60,000 nucleotides of DNA from Amphiscolops sp. MND2022 (lineage: Eukaryota), in NCBI GenBank assembly GCA_964187785.1, contig OZ076409.1, positions 67,458,001 through 67,518,000 of the forward strand. The letters run 5' to 3'. The stretch's first letter is position 1; the number at the start of each line of letters is the position of its first letter. Under the pieces are notes generated by a model, which was given only the letters and a program-made list of their open reading frames with translations, was not told the origin of the DNA and ran no database searches. Positions 1-14,000 of this stretch are shown one piece after another. The position numbers and the translations under genes were made by a program.

Positions 1-110
1 CATGGTGTATTGGTTAGAGCATTCGACCTGACCTTTAAAGGGGCGGTATCAGGTTCGAGTCTTTTCAACTCACCATTGTTAGGCCTTAAGCAAGCCCTTC
101 ATCCCTAGCT
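1..110 (+). mobile_element. tRNA-derived SINE 5' fragment
   Basis: A-box-like TGGTGTATTGGTTAGAGC and B-box GGTTCGAGTC at tRNA spacing, followed by a CORE-like GGCCTTAAGCAAGCCCTTCATCCC. No complete cloverleaf. Confidence 0.5.
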
Positions 111-3100
111 TAGTGGCATGGTCATGTCAAAAATGTCGCATTTCGTACAGAAAAGCGAAATACAAAAAGAGCGGCCTTTGTAACCTCGAGCAAGTCACGT
201 TGAAACCACAGCTTCAAACCGACCATTGCCTTAACACTTGGTTGAAAATATGGTACCGAAAAAATGCGGACTTTGAGAAGCAGAACTGTTTATTCGGAGT
301 TCTGCAGGATTGGGTACGTGAATTCTCGTTCTTTCGTTCTTTTTTCTTTCAAGTTTTCAAGAGGTGGTGTATGATTTTATACACAGATTCAGTGCAACGT
401 ATAAAATCCTATAAAAAATTAGAATATTGCTCTGACAAGTTTGGAGAGACCAAAACTCAAGTAATATTTTAAAAAGTTTATTTTTAAAGAAATGTTCAAT
501 ATTGGAAGTCGGAAACTAAAATTAAGGCAAGCTGTGCATCATATTACGTAGTTGCATTGGGCGAAAAAATTGAAAGGGGACTCATCAAAGTATATCTGGC
601 GAGTTGGATCAATGGTTTTGATCAACAATTTTCCACCATCAAGTTTTCACAAACTCTGACATCAATAATGACCTTGGTAGATAATTCAATTATTTGCACA
701 TAAAATCACGATGTTTCATTTTGCTCCAAATTTGAATAACAAAAGGAGTACATTTTTTCCTGTGGGAAATGTAAATGTTGTACAGAAAAATCAATGAAAA
801 GTCAACAGAACGTCCGTTGCGTGCCTCAAAATCCGTTCAATGCTATTTTTAGAATTATGCAGGTGTCCTCAAATGGTTGTCATGAAATTCTAGCTGAATT
901 CCAAGGTTATTGGTATAACTCTGTTTTATTTGGGGTATGTATATATATATTACGTGCTCTCGGTATTGTCAACTTCTGCGATCGATGGAAAAAAAGACCA
1001 CCCGTGGCTAATAATGGAATAACAGATCCGTCCCGAGTGATTGATGGGCTGATTTTCGGGTTTCTCACCATGGACATCGAGGGGACCCTTAAAGGCTTCC
1101 AGGGAAAATTAGAAATTCTTCGTATCATTTGAAACCTCATCCAGTCCCTAAGAAGTTCCTGATGACTTTTGTGAAATTGACTTGGTGAAAAAAGTATCCA
1201 GGCTCCGTTAATCTTGCTTTGGATCGATTATACAAACAGCTGCTTCAAGTTCAGAGGCACACTCTGCTGTGTTTATGCAATCCAATTTGCTTCTTTTCAA
1301 ATGAACGAAAACAGAAAAAGGAGGTATACTATACTTTGTGAGATAAAGCAGTGAAGAAGCTCCCTTCCGTCTTTTGCGAACATCCAAAGATTAATTGCAG
1401 TTGGTGAAGAGCATTAAACCAGTAGAACCTGTGTTTTGGTTTTCTGAATAGAAATTCGAGCTCACATTCTGCAGACAAAAATTCTGATGAAGAAGAATTG
1501 GTTCTTTGCTCCAATGAATTGCACTATTTCAATCAGTGCAGCGAGATCCCCTGACCCCTTGAAATTTGCACCGAAAAGATTCCTTTCTTCTTTGAGCACT
1601 TTGTTGGACGTTTTGTGCAGTTTTAGTTTCAATGAATATTGAAATTAATAGATTAATCATGGAAATGCTTGGACACAATTACGTATGGGGTTCTTCAAAA
1701 TTGGACGGCTTAAAGCTCTGTAACCTTGAGCAATGACCATCTAATAAAATTTTTTGACAATCTTCCAAATCTGGACCATTTTCATCCAAAATTTACGCTA
1801 ATCTAACCCAAAATCCATAACCCAATATTCATAACTCAAAATCCTACCTACGAGCGGCTTCACGAAACGCCGTGCCGAAAAGCGTCCTTAATGCTACCCG
1901 GGCCATTAAGGTAACCCTGTTTGAGATACAGACCTTTGAAACAGATGTCATTTAAAAAAACACAAAATTGAATGAATCTTACCGTCTTGAACGAATTTTT
2001 GGTCGAAATTACACATCGCATTTTTTGTAAGAATTTTTTACGCAAAAATGCAATTTTTGCAGAAATGTTACCAAAATCTTGTAAGAAATGTTCGACATTG
2101 TAGCATATTTGCAAAATTTGCGATTCTTGTACAAACTTGTAAGATTCTTGTAAGAAATGCAACGTTGGCAAGAATTTCGGAAGAATTTTGCAAGATTTGT
2201 GATTCCTGTAACCTAGGGTCTTAAATTCGTTGTTTGGTGGAAGCGATTTCGCCACATTTATTTCCTTTGAAGTCTGATGGTGATCTAGTCCTAACAAACC
2301 ATTTGCCCACAAATTTCTACGGACTTTTGTAATTTCCCATTGGATGCTTAGAGCTGACGTCATATCTTGCTGGACATTATTAAATGTAATCAAATTATTT
2401 CTGTCTCATGAAATAACAATCGGAATTTAGTCTGAATAATAAATATATTCGATTGTAAATTCTCGAAGTCAAAAATTTTAGGACTCTAGTCACACTCTGT
2501 TGCAAAAAGGAGAAAAAACAGTGATCGTTAGATTCTATTCAGACTGTTGGATTTTCTAGACAGTTCTTCAATTTGCCCAAAAATCCGTCAATCAAATTTT
2601 TGCTCCCAAATTGGAATTATAGATTTGCGCAAAGCTGATTCCAGTCTGTAATTCAGTTATAGGGTGACAACTCCGGCTAGTAGATGCATAGCGGGCATAA
2701 GCATGAATGAGAGGTCTCAGGAAAGCCGTCTTAATCTGGACTGTTTCTATCCTTGAAACGTCAAAGATAGAGTTTAATTGATTTTGCAGTGTTCAAAATA
2801 CAAATTGGTAAAAAGAGTGGCTTCTACAAAGATGACTGGTTCTCAAATTGCCATGGTCATATTGCGTGCATTTTGATGTCCTAACCTAATCCCCCTCGTG
2901 GTTTTCAAAGACTCGTTGCCCAACTTTAGTCTCTGGGCTGTCTGTAGCAGTCACATGGTTGCAATTTTCCCCTTATTTCCTCAAAAGCCCACCGATTCAA
3001 GGACTTATGCAAGTAAATGCATCATTTGTAAAATTCAGCCTTGCTCAAAAGCAAAATTGTCACAACTGACTGTAAATTTTCCCATAATTTACCCCCTGGC

Positions 3101-4746
3101 GACTTGCTACCCTGACAATAAAAGCACCATATAACAGAAAGATAACAAGTTGGCTTTCTAATTCAAGAAAAAGGGTACAAAAACCACTTCTGGTCTAAGA
3201 AAATAGGAAATTTTCTTCCTAATGTTGAACACACCGTGAATGTTACATCAAATTAAAGAGTAGGGTATAGTGTATTGAAAAAGCACTCAGGGTACTTGAA
3301 AGACAAGACTCGTGTGATGTAATAGTCTACATTATTTAATTATCACCCTCAGCGTTTGGCTCGGGTATCCAGCTGTGAACAATGGGTACGATCCCCTTTT
3401 ACCCTGACTCTTGCAGGGTATAAATTTAATTTCATATTATTCAAGGAAACTCAAATTTTCTCCTCTTTTTACCCAGGAGGCCCAGCATGAAAACAGAAGC
3501 AACTTTGATGCACTTTTGTGTCTCTAAAAGCCAAAATGATTTCATTATGCAAACAGATATTATGAAAAGATTCGTGAAATTTGAGGACTGTGATGTTGAG
3601 AACTAAACAAAGAGTTGAAAGCTGCATATGATTAACAACAAGTTTTTTATTTGAAAAAGTATCTGTAAAAGCCAAAATCAGCAATTAGTTTTCACCAGAG
3701 ATGATTTCTTTCAGTAGAAGCCCGCTGCTACTTTAAATAATGGTTAGCTAAATTCTTTCAATGCGCCTGAAATTGGATTTTGCTGAATTTATAGAGAAAA
3801 AAAACTGTTTCAACCAAACGTGCACAACGAATTCATCGTATTCATCAAAGCATAAGATGAGAATAGAATGATTCATAGAATAATGCCTTTTTTCCTCTTT
3901 CTCTTTCACACACACAAAAAACAAAGGAATTACTTGAGAAATCAAGCAGTAACTTGGAAGAAAATTAAATAATTGATTCCGCGAGGCGCCAAAATTATTT
4001 CCTATCTGCACAATAGATCAAACCCACGAAACGAGGTTTAGGAATAATTTCCGCGTGAGTATGAAAATTAGTGCAGCTTTTCTATCATCAAATATAAATT
4101 GGTAAATTTTTAATTAAGAGTAAAAAGTAGTTATAGAGAGCGATTGGTTAAGATCTTAGGTTACTGTATTCGCCGACTTTTTTTGTGAAACCTCAACCTT
4201 AAAACATCAATCAAACTGCATAATCATTTGATTCCTGTTCTACGTTTCCAACATGTTTCCCACAAAATAGTTTCTATATGACGAGTTTTTATGGATAAAA
4301 ATTTTTCACCATTTTTTACCATTTTCCATGTGATTTTTTCCATTTGTGGCTGAAACAGTGGAAGCTTCATTGTATCCCAGCAAGGTTTTTTCATGCAGAC
4401 TATTGAAAGTTTCTATGTTCATTGCGTATGTCTTCAATACAAAGCCTATGCTCGTTTAACAAACTGTAAACTACATGAGCCGGTACCCCATTTCAAGCTC
4501 AACAGTATAGAAAGGAGCACTGTGTTACTGCATTATGACAAATACAAAAAAATCTTCAAATTGTTAATATTCTCCCCAACCCCCTTTGAACTTCAGAAAA
4601 CATGGGGTCGTTTCAAAAATTCACAGGAAAAAGCAAAACTTGGCATCGGCCCAGGATCGAACTTGAAACTTTTTGTCCCCACGATAAACCCCCGCGATAA
4701 AAGAAACCCCCGCGATAAACCATCGACCAGTTGATTTGAATTTTAG

Positions 4747-5049
4747 GTGCCATCGATCATCAGAGGTGTTTCGTTCGACGGATACACCAATTCAGGTAGT
4801 AACAGCATCGGGGTCACTAACACACCTGGTGTGGACTGTGTAACCAGTAGCACTAATGGCCAGTCTAACTTAAATGACCAACTAACCTCTTCATTGGCTG
4901 ACATCAACTCCGCCTTTCCCAACAGCTACTTGGCTGCAAAGGTCAGGTCAGGTCAGATAGCCGCCTGTTCCTCCAACGCAGCATCCACCACCTCAATCTC
5001 CAACATACCATCCTCTACTGGAGCGGCTTCTATTTCATCAGCTTTACAG
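4747..5049 (+). CDS. SYTL-like exon (first visible; Ser/Thr/Asn-rich)
   Basis: ttttag|GTG acceptor, CAG|gtgcgc donor, phase 0/0. Confidence 0.75.
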
Positions 5050-8000
5050 GTGCGCGTTTGTCACTTCTTCAACAGCTCATTTTCCAACACTTATTTTTGA
5101 CCCTATCAAAAGATATCTGTTGCAGCGTTCACTCAGTTTTTGATGTGATTCCGAATTTAGGAACATTTTTGAATTTTGTTTCAGCGCAAATCTTCATAGT
5201 CGGATTTTTGTTTCCACACTTTCAGCGAACTTTTAAAGAAATTTTGGTTAGATAAGCAAGATCTTGGTTGATTGATTTATTTGTTTGTTCTTCAAAGTTC
5301 CTAACTACTCTTCAAATCCGTATTTCCTTTTATAGGCAAAAACCAACAACAACGACACCATGCTAAATTACAACAGTCCTCTTTTATCCAGCCCATCCAG
5401 GGCCTTGCAACAACAGCAGCAACAACTTTTGCAACAATCAGAACAATCTCTAACATCCGGCAACTTTCTGAGTCCTTCAAGGTTCCATGTAAATCAACAG
5501 TCGACACAAATGGAAAATAACAGCTACACGCTACATCATCATTACCCAAATTTTCCTACTGTTATGGACCAGCAACCAACTACACCCAAATCTAGTTTGA
5601 ACTCGGAGGGTAGTCAAATGAACAATAATAGTTATAGCAACAACAAACACCTGAACAGTAATCTGAAACGTAGCCAAGAGTCTTTGTCTTCCGAGAGTTC
5701 AACGGCAACCATAGGCTCAGGGGGTGCTAGACCTAAACAAACTCAACGTGGGGGAATTAATTCCAACACATCGGTGGCACGAAAAGCAGCCAACCAAACA
5801 CAACACTCACCCCAAATCACAGCTGCTCCATTTCATCATAATGAGGCTCCTTTCACGCCTTCATCAACTCTGCCTTTCAGTTCCACCCACGTCGCGACTG
5901 TTCCTTCTGATAAAAGTGAAACTGCTGATACGTCATCGCCTGAAGCTGCTGCCTTCAAAACCAACTCTCAAACCCTGCCCTTTCCTCAAAGTTCGAGGAG
6001 TGACCGAGGAGACGGGTCACCCAAAACTAGATCAGGTGTCACAGACGGTGGAACAGACGCTGCAGGGAAATACGCCACTTCACCCGGGAAAAGCAGTCTT
6101 CATGGAGGTGCTGCGAACCACAAGGATCCCAGATGTCGAACCATGCAGCCCATGGAGTACCAAGATCCTCAATCAATGCCTTATTACGCTCCGGTGCCTC
6201 ATCCAGGGGCCTCGTTCCCTGGGGCTCATCCAGGGGCTAGACCTTACTTTCATCAGTACTATGTAGACCACTGCGGCCCCATGCCCAGACCTCGAAGAAT
6301 GGGGGGTATGGGTATTTATCATAGACAAGGGTCCCGTTACCCGCCAGGGTTCTACCCCATAGACAACACCCACCAACTCATTCTACACAAGGTGGAAATG
6401 TTGAACAAAAACACTAGAAGGAAGTTTTTAATGGGTTCGACTCCTGGAGCAGCTGCAGCTGGGGCCAATGTAGAAGATAGCCAGTTCGGAGCGTTGCCAG
6501 TTCAAGAGTTTAGTCCAGACAACAGTGAACATGCGGCCACTCTGTCATCCGAGAGTGAGAGGTCACACAGGTCACACCACCTCGACGATGACCTTGACGA
6601 GGGCAACAGGAGGCGAAACAGTGGGCATGTACATAAACAAAACTCATCAGGTTGTTTGAGTTAACAAAAGTTAACTTCTCTTCTTTCGCACTAACTTACC
6701 AATAACCTAATCGGCGTGGATAACCATTCCAAAATAACCAATTTTGCTTGCTTCAAGCAACTTGATGAAGAACCCGGGTTTACCTGACATGCAATTCATA
6801 CAATTTTTCCATATATGGAAACTTGGCATGAATAACCTCGGCAGTACACCGAGAAGTCGACAAATTGACAAAATTTTGGCAAAATTTTTTCAAAGCTTCA
6901 ATTCTCCACAAATAATAGCCGCAGCTCCAATCCGTTTTCTGTTCCTGAAAGTCCTTTACCTAAGCTTTCAAATGCGCACTAGTTAGGTCGCGAGTTGGCG
7001 CTACTTGTTGGGGTGAGAGCGCCACCCCGGCGGCGCGGGCCCGGCTGCGACGGGCCTTTCAAATATCGGTTGAACTCATGACTGAAGCTTCATTGAAAAA
7101 ACTTCTATATGCGTTTTCAATGGTGGCAAACTGTGTTACTAGAGTGGGACAGTAACTTAACAAACAGTTGCTCAGTTATTGAGAAAAAATGAAACATTTC
7201 TGGAATGTACTTTTTTTGCAATTTTTCACTTTTTTCAGTTACTTTTTTGCCAGTGGCTCGGAAAAAAATCTATATTGACACAAATAACAATTCACACCAG
7301 ATAGTCCAATAGATTGTCGATAAGAAAGACAATTTTTCGTTTTCCTCTATGCTTTTTGCGTGTCGTAATTTATTATTGATTGCGAAAAAAATCGCTGTCC
7401 TCATTTCAGGACGAAATCACTGTCGAGGATAACAAAACATTCTATGACTCATGTTCTTCATATATGATCATTGTATGACGTCCATGTTTTGCACAAAATA
7501 TTTCAGTGAAACCGGAATTATTTCTCACAAAAAAGTTCGAATAATAGTAACCTTCTGCGATATAAGCTTGAGATGGAACCGGCGATCACGACATTTTAAC
7601 ATCCGCTATTAACGACAGATCCATTGAAGGTCTGTCAATACGCAAACTGTACAGCGCCGTTCGAATTCACGGCAGAACGTTTTTTTTACAGTCACTCATT
7701 GAAATGTACGTCTGGTCAATGTCGTAACTATAAAACATTAGTAGTTAAAAACAACGAATTTTTCAAAAATAGTAAAAAACAACTTTATTTATATCCAATT
7801 GTTTGTAATTTTTCATAATTTTTCAACAGATAACTACGAACACGAGCAGCCCCAGAGGCGTTCCTCTCCTCACGGTGACTCAACCAGCGGGGAGGGTCTG
7901 GGTAACAGCACCTCTAGCAATGCAGGAGACGGCGCTCTCCAGACAGCTGGCAGCAATTCGTCTTTGCTGCAGCACGACAACCTCGAACTAGGATCCAGAC

Positions 8001-11000
8001 CCTCCGGCTACAGCTGCTCAGTGCCAGCTACTCCGGAACACAAGAAGAACTCCGCTCATGGTGCCTGGATGCAGCACCCCCGCATGCAGTTTCCTCCTCA
8101 TATGACGTCATTGCATGAGTCATACGGACTGCCACACAGAAGGTAAGATGATGCTTAGTGAATTGTTGTTTTCCGCCCATATTGCTTCAAAAACGCCAAC
8201 GTTTTTTTTGCTTTCATTATCATCGTTTTTAAGCAACCTATGTCTAGATTTTGAAGCGTTTTGGATTCAGAAAGATGGCAAACGTTCAACAAAGATTGAA
8301 CGCTTATTTCAGTCGGCCCTTAGAGAAATATTTGCAGACTTCGGGTGAAAAATAGCTCAGAGCTGACCGCAAAAATTCGAAAAAGTCAGAGTTTTGCTGA
8401 TTTCTGACAGTTTTAGTGAATCTTGTTGAGATTGGAAAATTGTAAGATAAAAGCTTCGAATAGCTCTAGATGATAAAACTAGAACCACAGCACGTTTTTA
8501 AAGAGAAATTTACATTTTTTGTGCCGGATAGTTTCCTCAGAAAGACCCAAATGATGCAAAAAGAGAATTTTCTTGTTTTTACATTTTTAGGCAGTTTTTG
8601 TACAATTATTGAGCTGCAAAAAAAGTTTTAAGAATTCAAAAATGCCAACAAGGGTAACCTGGTATCCAGTAGGCTTTTTCAAAGATATAATTGCAATTTT
8701 TGGTTAGAATTGGTCTCAAAGCACCCCAAAATCCATTCAACAACAAAAACGCACGTTTTTTGACAAATTTTTCATAATTTTTGTTCAAACGTTTTTGTAG
8801 AATAGAACTTCCATTGACCCGAGCGTTGAAACAAAAGGGTATTCACAACGCACTTCGGAGAAAACGTAGGATAAAGTTAGTCGAGTTTAGAACAAAGGTG
8901 TCAAAAGTTCCGATTTCCTTCAATTTTCGACAACATTAAGCTATTTTGGACACCTTCCGAAAATTTACTTCAATCAGAAAACCCATAGGCTCAGGGTTGA
9001 AACGTGTAGCTACCGTTAGTGTTTCCAAAAGATATCAGACAAGGTTATTCGCTTAACTTCCAAAAATTTTAATTTAAAACGTAACTTTCGACCTTAATGT
9101 CAAATATTAAATATTCAAAAAAAGCTTCAAGCAAAATCACTAGATATGGAGTTCACCTTCCAAAGGAAAATGTTACAAACTATATCGTGGGTTAGAATGG
9201 TGTAAGCAATATACAACAAACAACTAAACTCGGTGTCCAGTAGGCTTATTTGGGAAGAGACATCTGTAGATTCATGTTAGAAGAGTTCCTCAAATTGATC
9301 CCAAAGTTGTCGGAAAAATTTCCAATTTTTAACACTTTTGATGGAACTATGTACCAAAATATACCAACCTGGGACCGCTCAAGTTCCTTACACTTGCAAA
9401 TGACCTAGTTTCAAGCTTATACCATTTTCTCAGTACCAAAAATAACCCCAATGAATACTCCTGAGTCTCGGAAACCACTTTTTTCCCAACAGGATTTTCA
9501 GAACGCCATATTTTTGATTTTTTTTTCGGTAAAATCCTTTGAAGGCGGAACAAGTTTCAGTTCACAAACTACTTTTTTATGTTGAAATCAACTATGAAAT
9601 CAAGGGGGTACGCTTTGACAAAATGAAAATTTCGGGAAGAGGCACAGAGCCGAAAAAAAATTTAAATGATGTATTTTCAACAGTCAATAAGAAACTTCAT
9701 CAGTTCCACATGATTAAAAGTAACAAAGAGGTCACCCGTAAGACTTGGGAAACTTATTTTTTTTTCACAGAAAACCTCAAAAACTAAAAATTGCAAAAAA
9801 AATCTTTTTCGAAAATTGTTTTCGAAAAAATTGAAAAATTTCAACCGGTAAGTCGCATAGTGCCGAAAATACGAAAAATGGCCACCTATCGGAGAAATAC
9901 TAAAAGAAAGATGTTTCCTTCAAAACTGGGCAAAGATGAATCGAAGCTTTCTTTTCTTCGAACTTCTTAGCGTTTTTATAGTGCATTAGTTATTCTTGAG
10001 CCTCAAATTTATGTAGTTGTTATGTTGAGCCTCAAATACGAAATATCTCGCTGCTCAGCGGGCGTCTTGTTTTTGTAATAAATTTATTTTTCCCTTATCA
10101 TGGAAAATGAACGACTGTTGCTGTGAAATAATACAACATGCTTACAAAAAAGTTGGGAATTTCGCAAAAAAATCTTAATTGCTTTCAACGGTGAACTCCT
10201 GAGCTTGAGCTGAAACTTTATTGTAACTAAATAAAAACAGTTTGAAGCATTGTGATTCTTAATTTCGCTCTGTCAGTCTAATGATAGAATGTTAATATCC
10301 CAATAATCACGAGGTAGATGCCGAATGAGTAGTTCTACTTTTCAAGTCGGCGCCCTTTTTCGGATACTATCTCCTCATGGTCAAGCAATGGTCGGCTTGA
10401 AGATGTGCTGCAAAGTGATTTGCTCAAGTCTCAAAGCCTGAAAGTTTTGATGTTGCGTTGCTGATTTTTCAGGTATCCATTCTGTTTATTTGTTCTTTGG
10501 AGGTTTAAGACCACTTGGTGCCATAGTTTTTCTGCTTCCTTTTTAAAAGAAATTCTGTGAACTGCTTGAAAATCTTTTTAAAGTGTATGAATATATATGC
10601 TTTAAGCATTTCAGAAACTGCTTGAAAGTTTTACAAAATTTTTCCAAGCAGGGTTTTGAATTTTTCGTGTTTTATAAAAAAAATTAGCCTGCATGCATGA
10701 ATTCAGCATGGAAAAGCTGCCGGCAGATTCGACTAGGAAATACATGTCTCCGTACAAATCTCCTTGAACTTCGATTTTTGCTTCTTCAGGAGAGGTGTGC
10801 CATATCCTTATCCAGGTGGGTACCGGAGCCTGAGACCTCACCATGCAGGGGGACCACACGCCTCAGGACCATATCGCCACCCCCACCCTGCACAGTACAG
10901 ATCACTACCTCCTCAGTCATTCGGATACTTCCCCCCTCGCTTCCGGGGAAGACCCGTGCCCCACGGTGCAGGGGGCGGCTTTCCTTCTTCCAGGTAACGA

Positions 11001-14000
11001 CATTTATGGTTTTAGGGTATCTAGTCCGACAAACCTTAGACTAACCTTCTTCCTGGAGTTTTTACTATCGTAGAGGATAATTTGTCACACCTTCTTTTTT
11101 GGCAAAAATCTGAACAGTTTCGAGAGGCATAGTCATTACAAAAGCCTTTAGTCTAGAAGTATCTAGCTCTTCTCAATTTAGCATATGTATCATATGTGTT
11201 ACTTGGAGTTATGTTTGATTTCTGAATTCCGATAGATTTTTCATCTCTTTAGAATCTCATCAAAGTAATCAAATACGGATGCAATTTTCGCTTAGGATAA
11301 GTTAGCTTTTAACTACTGTTTTCCCTGTATCTTAAATTTTAACGATTCACAGGAATGATTCCGATACACCTCACGAGTTAGTACAAGCACTAACAGTTGC
11401 TGAAAGAAGTTCACAAATCTTCTGTAATTTCTATTGGTTTCAGTTGGCTTATTCACCATAAACTGACATTCATCTATATACAATGACCCATAAGATCAAC
11501 GAAGTATGCCTGAAAGATACCCCAATTTATACCAACTCTAATGAATAAGTTTTTACGTATTTGGGTCTTTTGTAATGGTATTTCTAATTGGGTTCTAATT
11601 TTAATTAGGTCTTTCAGTTAATTTTCCTCAAAACAAAATCATCGAATCCTTCTTGAAAACGTTTCCCCAAAGATTTAGTTTTGATTAAATTGAGCTCTAA
11701 TTATATAAGCATTTAGAAAACACACGTACGAAGCATCAAACTATGGTGGCTTGAAATATGATCAAAAATGTCGTCTCTCCTAACTAGCTCCTTCTGGAAA
11801 AATCGGTTAGACAAAAACGTTTAGAATTGACAAAAATTGCCAGTATGCAAGTAAAAAATAGTTTTTTCTGACTTCATTTGAGGAAAATGCAATGACTGTT
11901 GTTATACTGCGCTTCCCTTGGTTTTAATTGAACCGAAACGTGGAACGACATAAGTAGACCCCCCGCTTAAGGCTCAAAAAGAGCAAAAGTGCTGCAAAGC
12001 GTCAAAGATTCTTTTTCGTACAAATTCTCAATTTCACAATACCGGAAAGACCTAAAGGCGGACCATTTCGAAGGGGCGCATTATTTTCGAAGCTCCGGCT
12101 CCTCCTTCGTAAAACGCAATTGACTTCGGATATAATGTCAAAAGTTCGGAAAGAGCATGCTGGAACAAATAAGATTAAGTAAATACAGTATCTGAATGGA
12201 ATAATAAACTGGAGATTTGGTAGAATTTGGAATGAAGTGGAGATTTGGCTGAATTTGATTTAAAATCGCTACATTGACCAAAGTGCTTCAATTTTTCACG
12301 TCTTTTTGAAGGGTGGCAACAATTTTTACAATGATTTTATAGAACTCAGAATCCTCAATGCAATGAATATCTCCTCTTCTATTCAACTTTTGTAACAAGC
12401 TGCTTCAGAAATTCCTCAAAAATGCGGCGGCACTTAGGAGTCGTGAAGATTTGTTCTTTTTATTATGCCTTAGTTCTTTTATTACTTGCAGCTGTGATGC
12501 CATCAACTTTACCGGCTTTTTGTTGAAAAGTAGTGTGAGTTACGCTATAAACTGCAAACTAGTGTCACCTTTAGCCTGCTTTTTGAGAAGTGGTGATTAA
12601 ATCAGATGAATAATTGAGAAATCAAAATATGAAAACAAGGTGATCATTTCGACAACACCAGTATTGGAAACTGCAATTTCTATTTCCAGTATTGGAAACT
12701 GCATTGTAATTCTATATAATTTGCCGTCGGAAGCTTATTGAAGTTTCTATGTTTCACACGAGATAACCCTCCATACAGACCTCATGTGAAAAGATCGCGA
12801 CTAGAGAAACCAAATCGTGATATTTTTTTATTCCGAGAAATGACTGTTTTTTAGTTCAAGTTTGGGCAATGTAGCTTATTTATTAGAGGCTTTACTTTTG
12901 GTTGCATAGCTTTCGCTCCAGACTGTATAGCACTGTAACTAATATCATACTCTTGAGAATCGACTTTCAGACTTTTTTGGCTTCCAGTTTCATTGAGGGT
13001 TTTCGAAAACAAAACTCCCACTTAGCACCAGGATATTTTCCACTACAAAAAATTTTTGAGACATACTTTGAGAACTCAAGAATAGCCAATACTCTACCCA
13101 ACTTACACAAACATAAAATTGAAAATTTTGACACTGTTAACCATGTGAATAACGTAATTTCCATATGACTAGCAAATAAGTTTGAGTCAGTGAAAACCAC
13201 AATCGCTCACTTAATACAAAAAAGATGAAAACCTCTAATGAATCTTTCGCTTCAATTTTTACTTCTCCCTTTCGATTGCTTCATCTCCCGGCAGTTCTAT
13301 TTTTTCTAGATATATTCTTCAAATTCTTTCTTTTTTTCTGTAGATACTCTTCTCAAGAGGATTTCCGTGGATCTTCCAAATCTTTGGCCATCTATCCTTC
13401 CGATCTTCATTCCTCCACGTTGGATATGCATGAAAGGTCGTCTCCGCATCAGCCCCACCCCCGATTTGCCCCCCGCAGTCGCATGGGGGGTAGTCGAGAG
13501 TCGCTGGACGTGCAAATGCAGAACAGAGAGTCACGTTCTCTTTCCAGGTCTTTTCCGGCGGGGGCTCCCGGTGTACAGGGGGGAGGGGCAGGGGTGAGAC
13601 AGCAAAGGGCTTCCAGTCTGCCCCCTCCCGAGGACCATCTGGGGGAGGACGAACAGGTATTGAGTCTCGTGCAGCCCCTCTCATCATCGATTGTGCCTTC
13701 ATTGGTCAACACTTTGGTTAGACACCAATTTAAACTTCATAAACCTGTACTTCCAATACATTATAAGGCGAGCAGCCATAACGTCTAGGGAATTAAGTCC
13801 AAATACAAAACGGAAATAACGACTAAGGCAAAGTCATGCTCATTTCCTATCTTAAAGCATTGATTGTTAGACGTTATTTCTTTAGACGTTATTTCCGAAA
13901 CAGTTTTAGAGGTTATTCGAGCCCTAAACATTAAAAATTTTGCAAAACTGATAATTCTAATAATACTTGAAGGTCAGCAATGATGACTCTTCATATCTTT

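Noticed and set aside
860..1620. Protein-like stretches on the - strand
   Set aside because: Multiple stops and no recognisable motif; could be decayed coding sequence but cannot be supported
1860..2393. 177-aa - strand ORF
   Set aside because: Spans a degenerate CTTGTAAGA/GCAAGA repeat of MITE type; not coding-like
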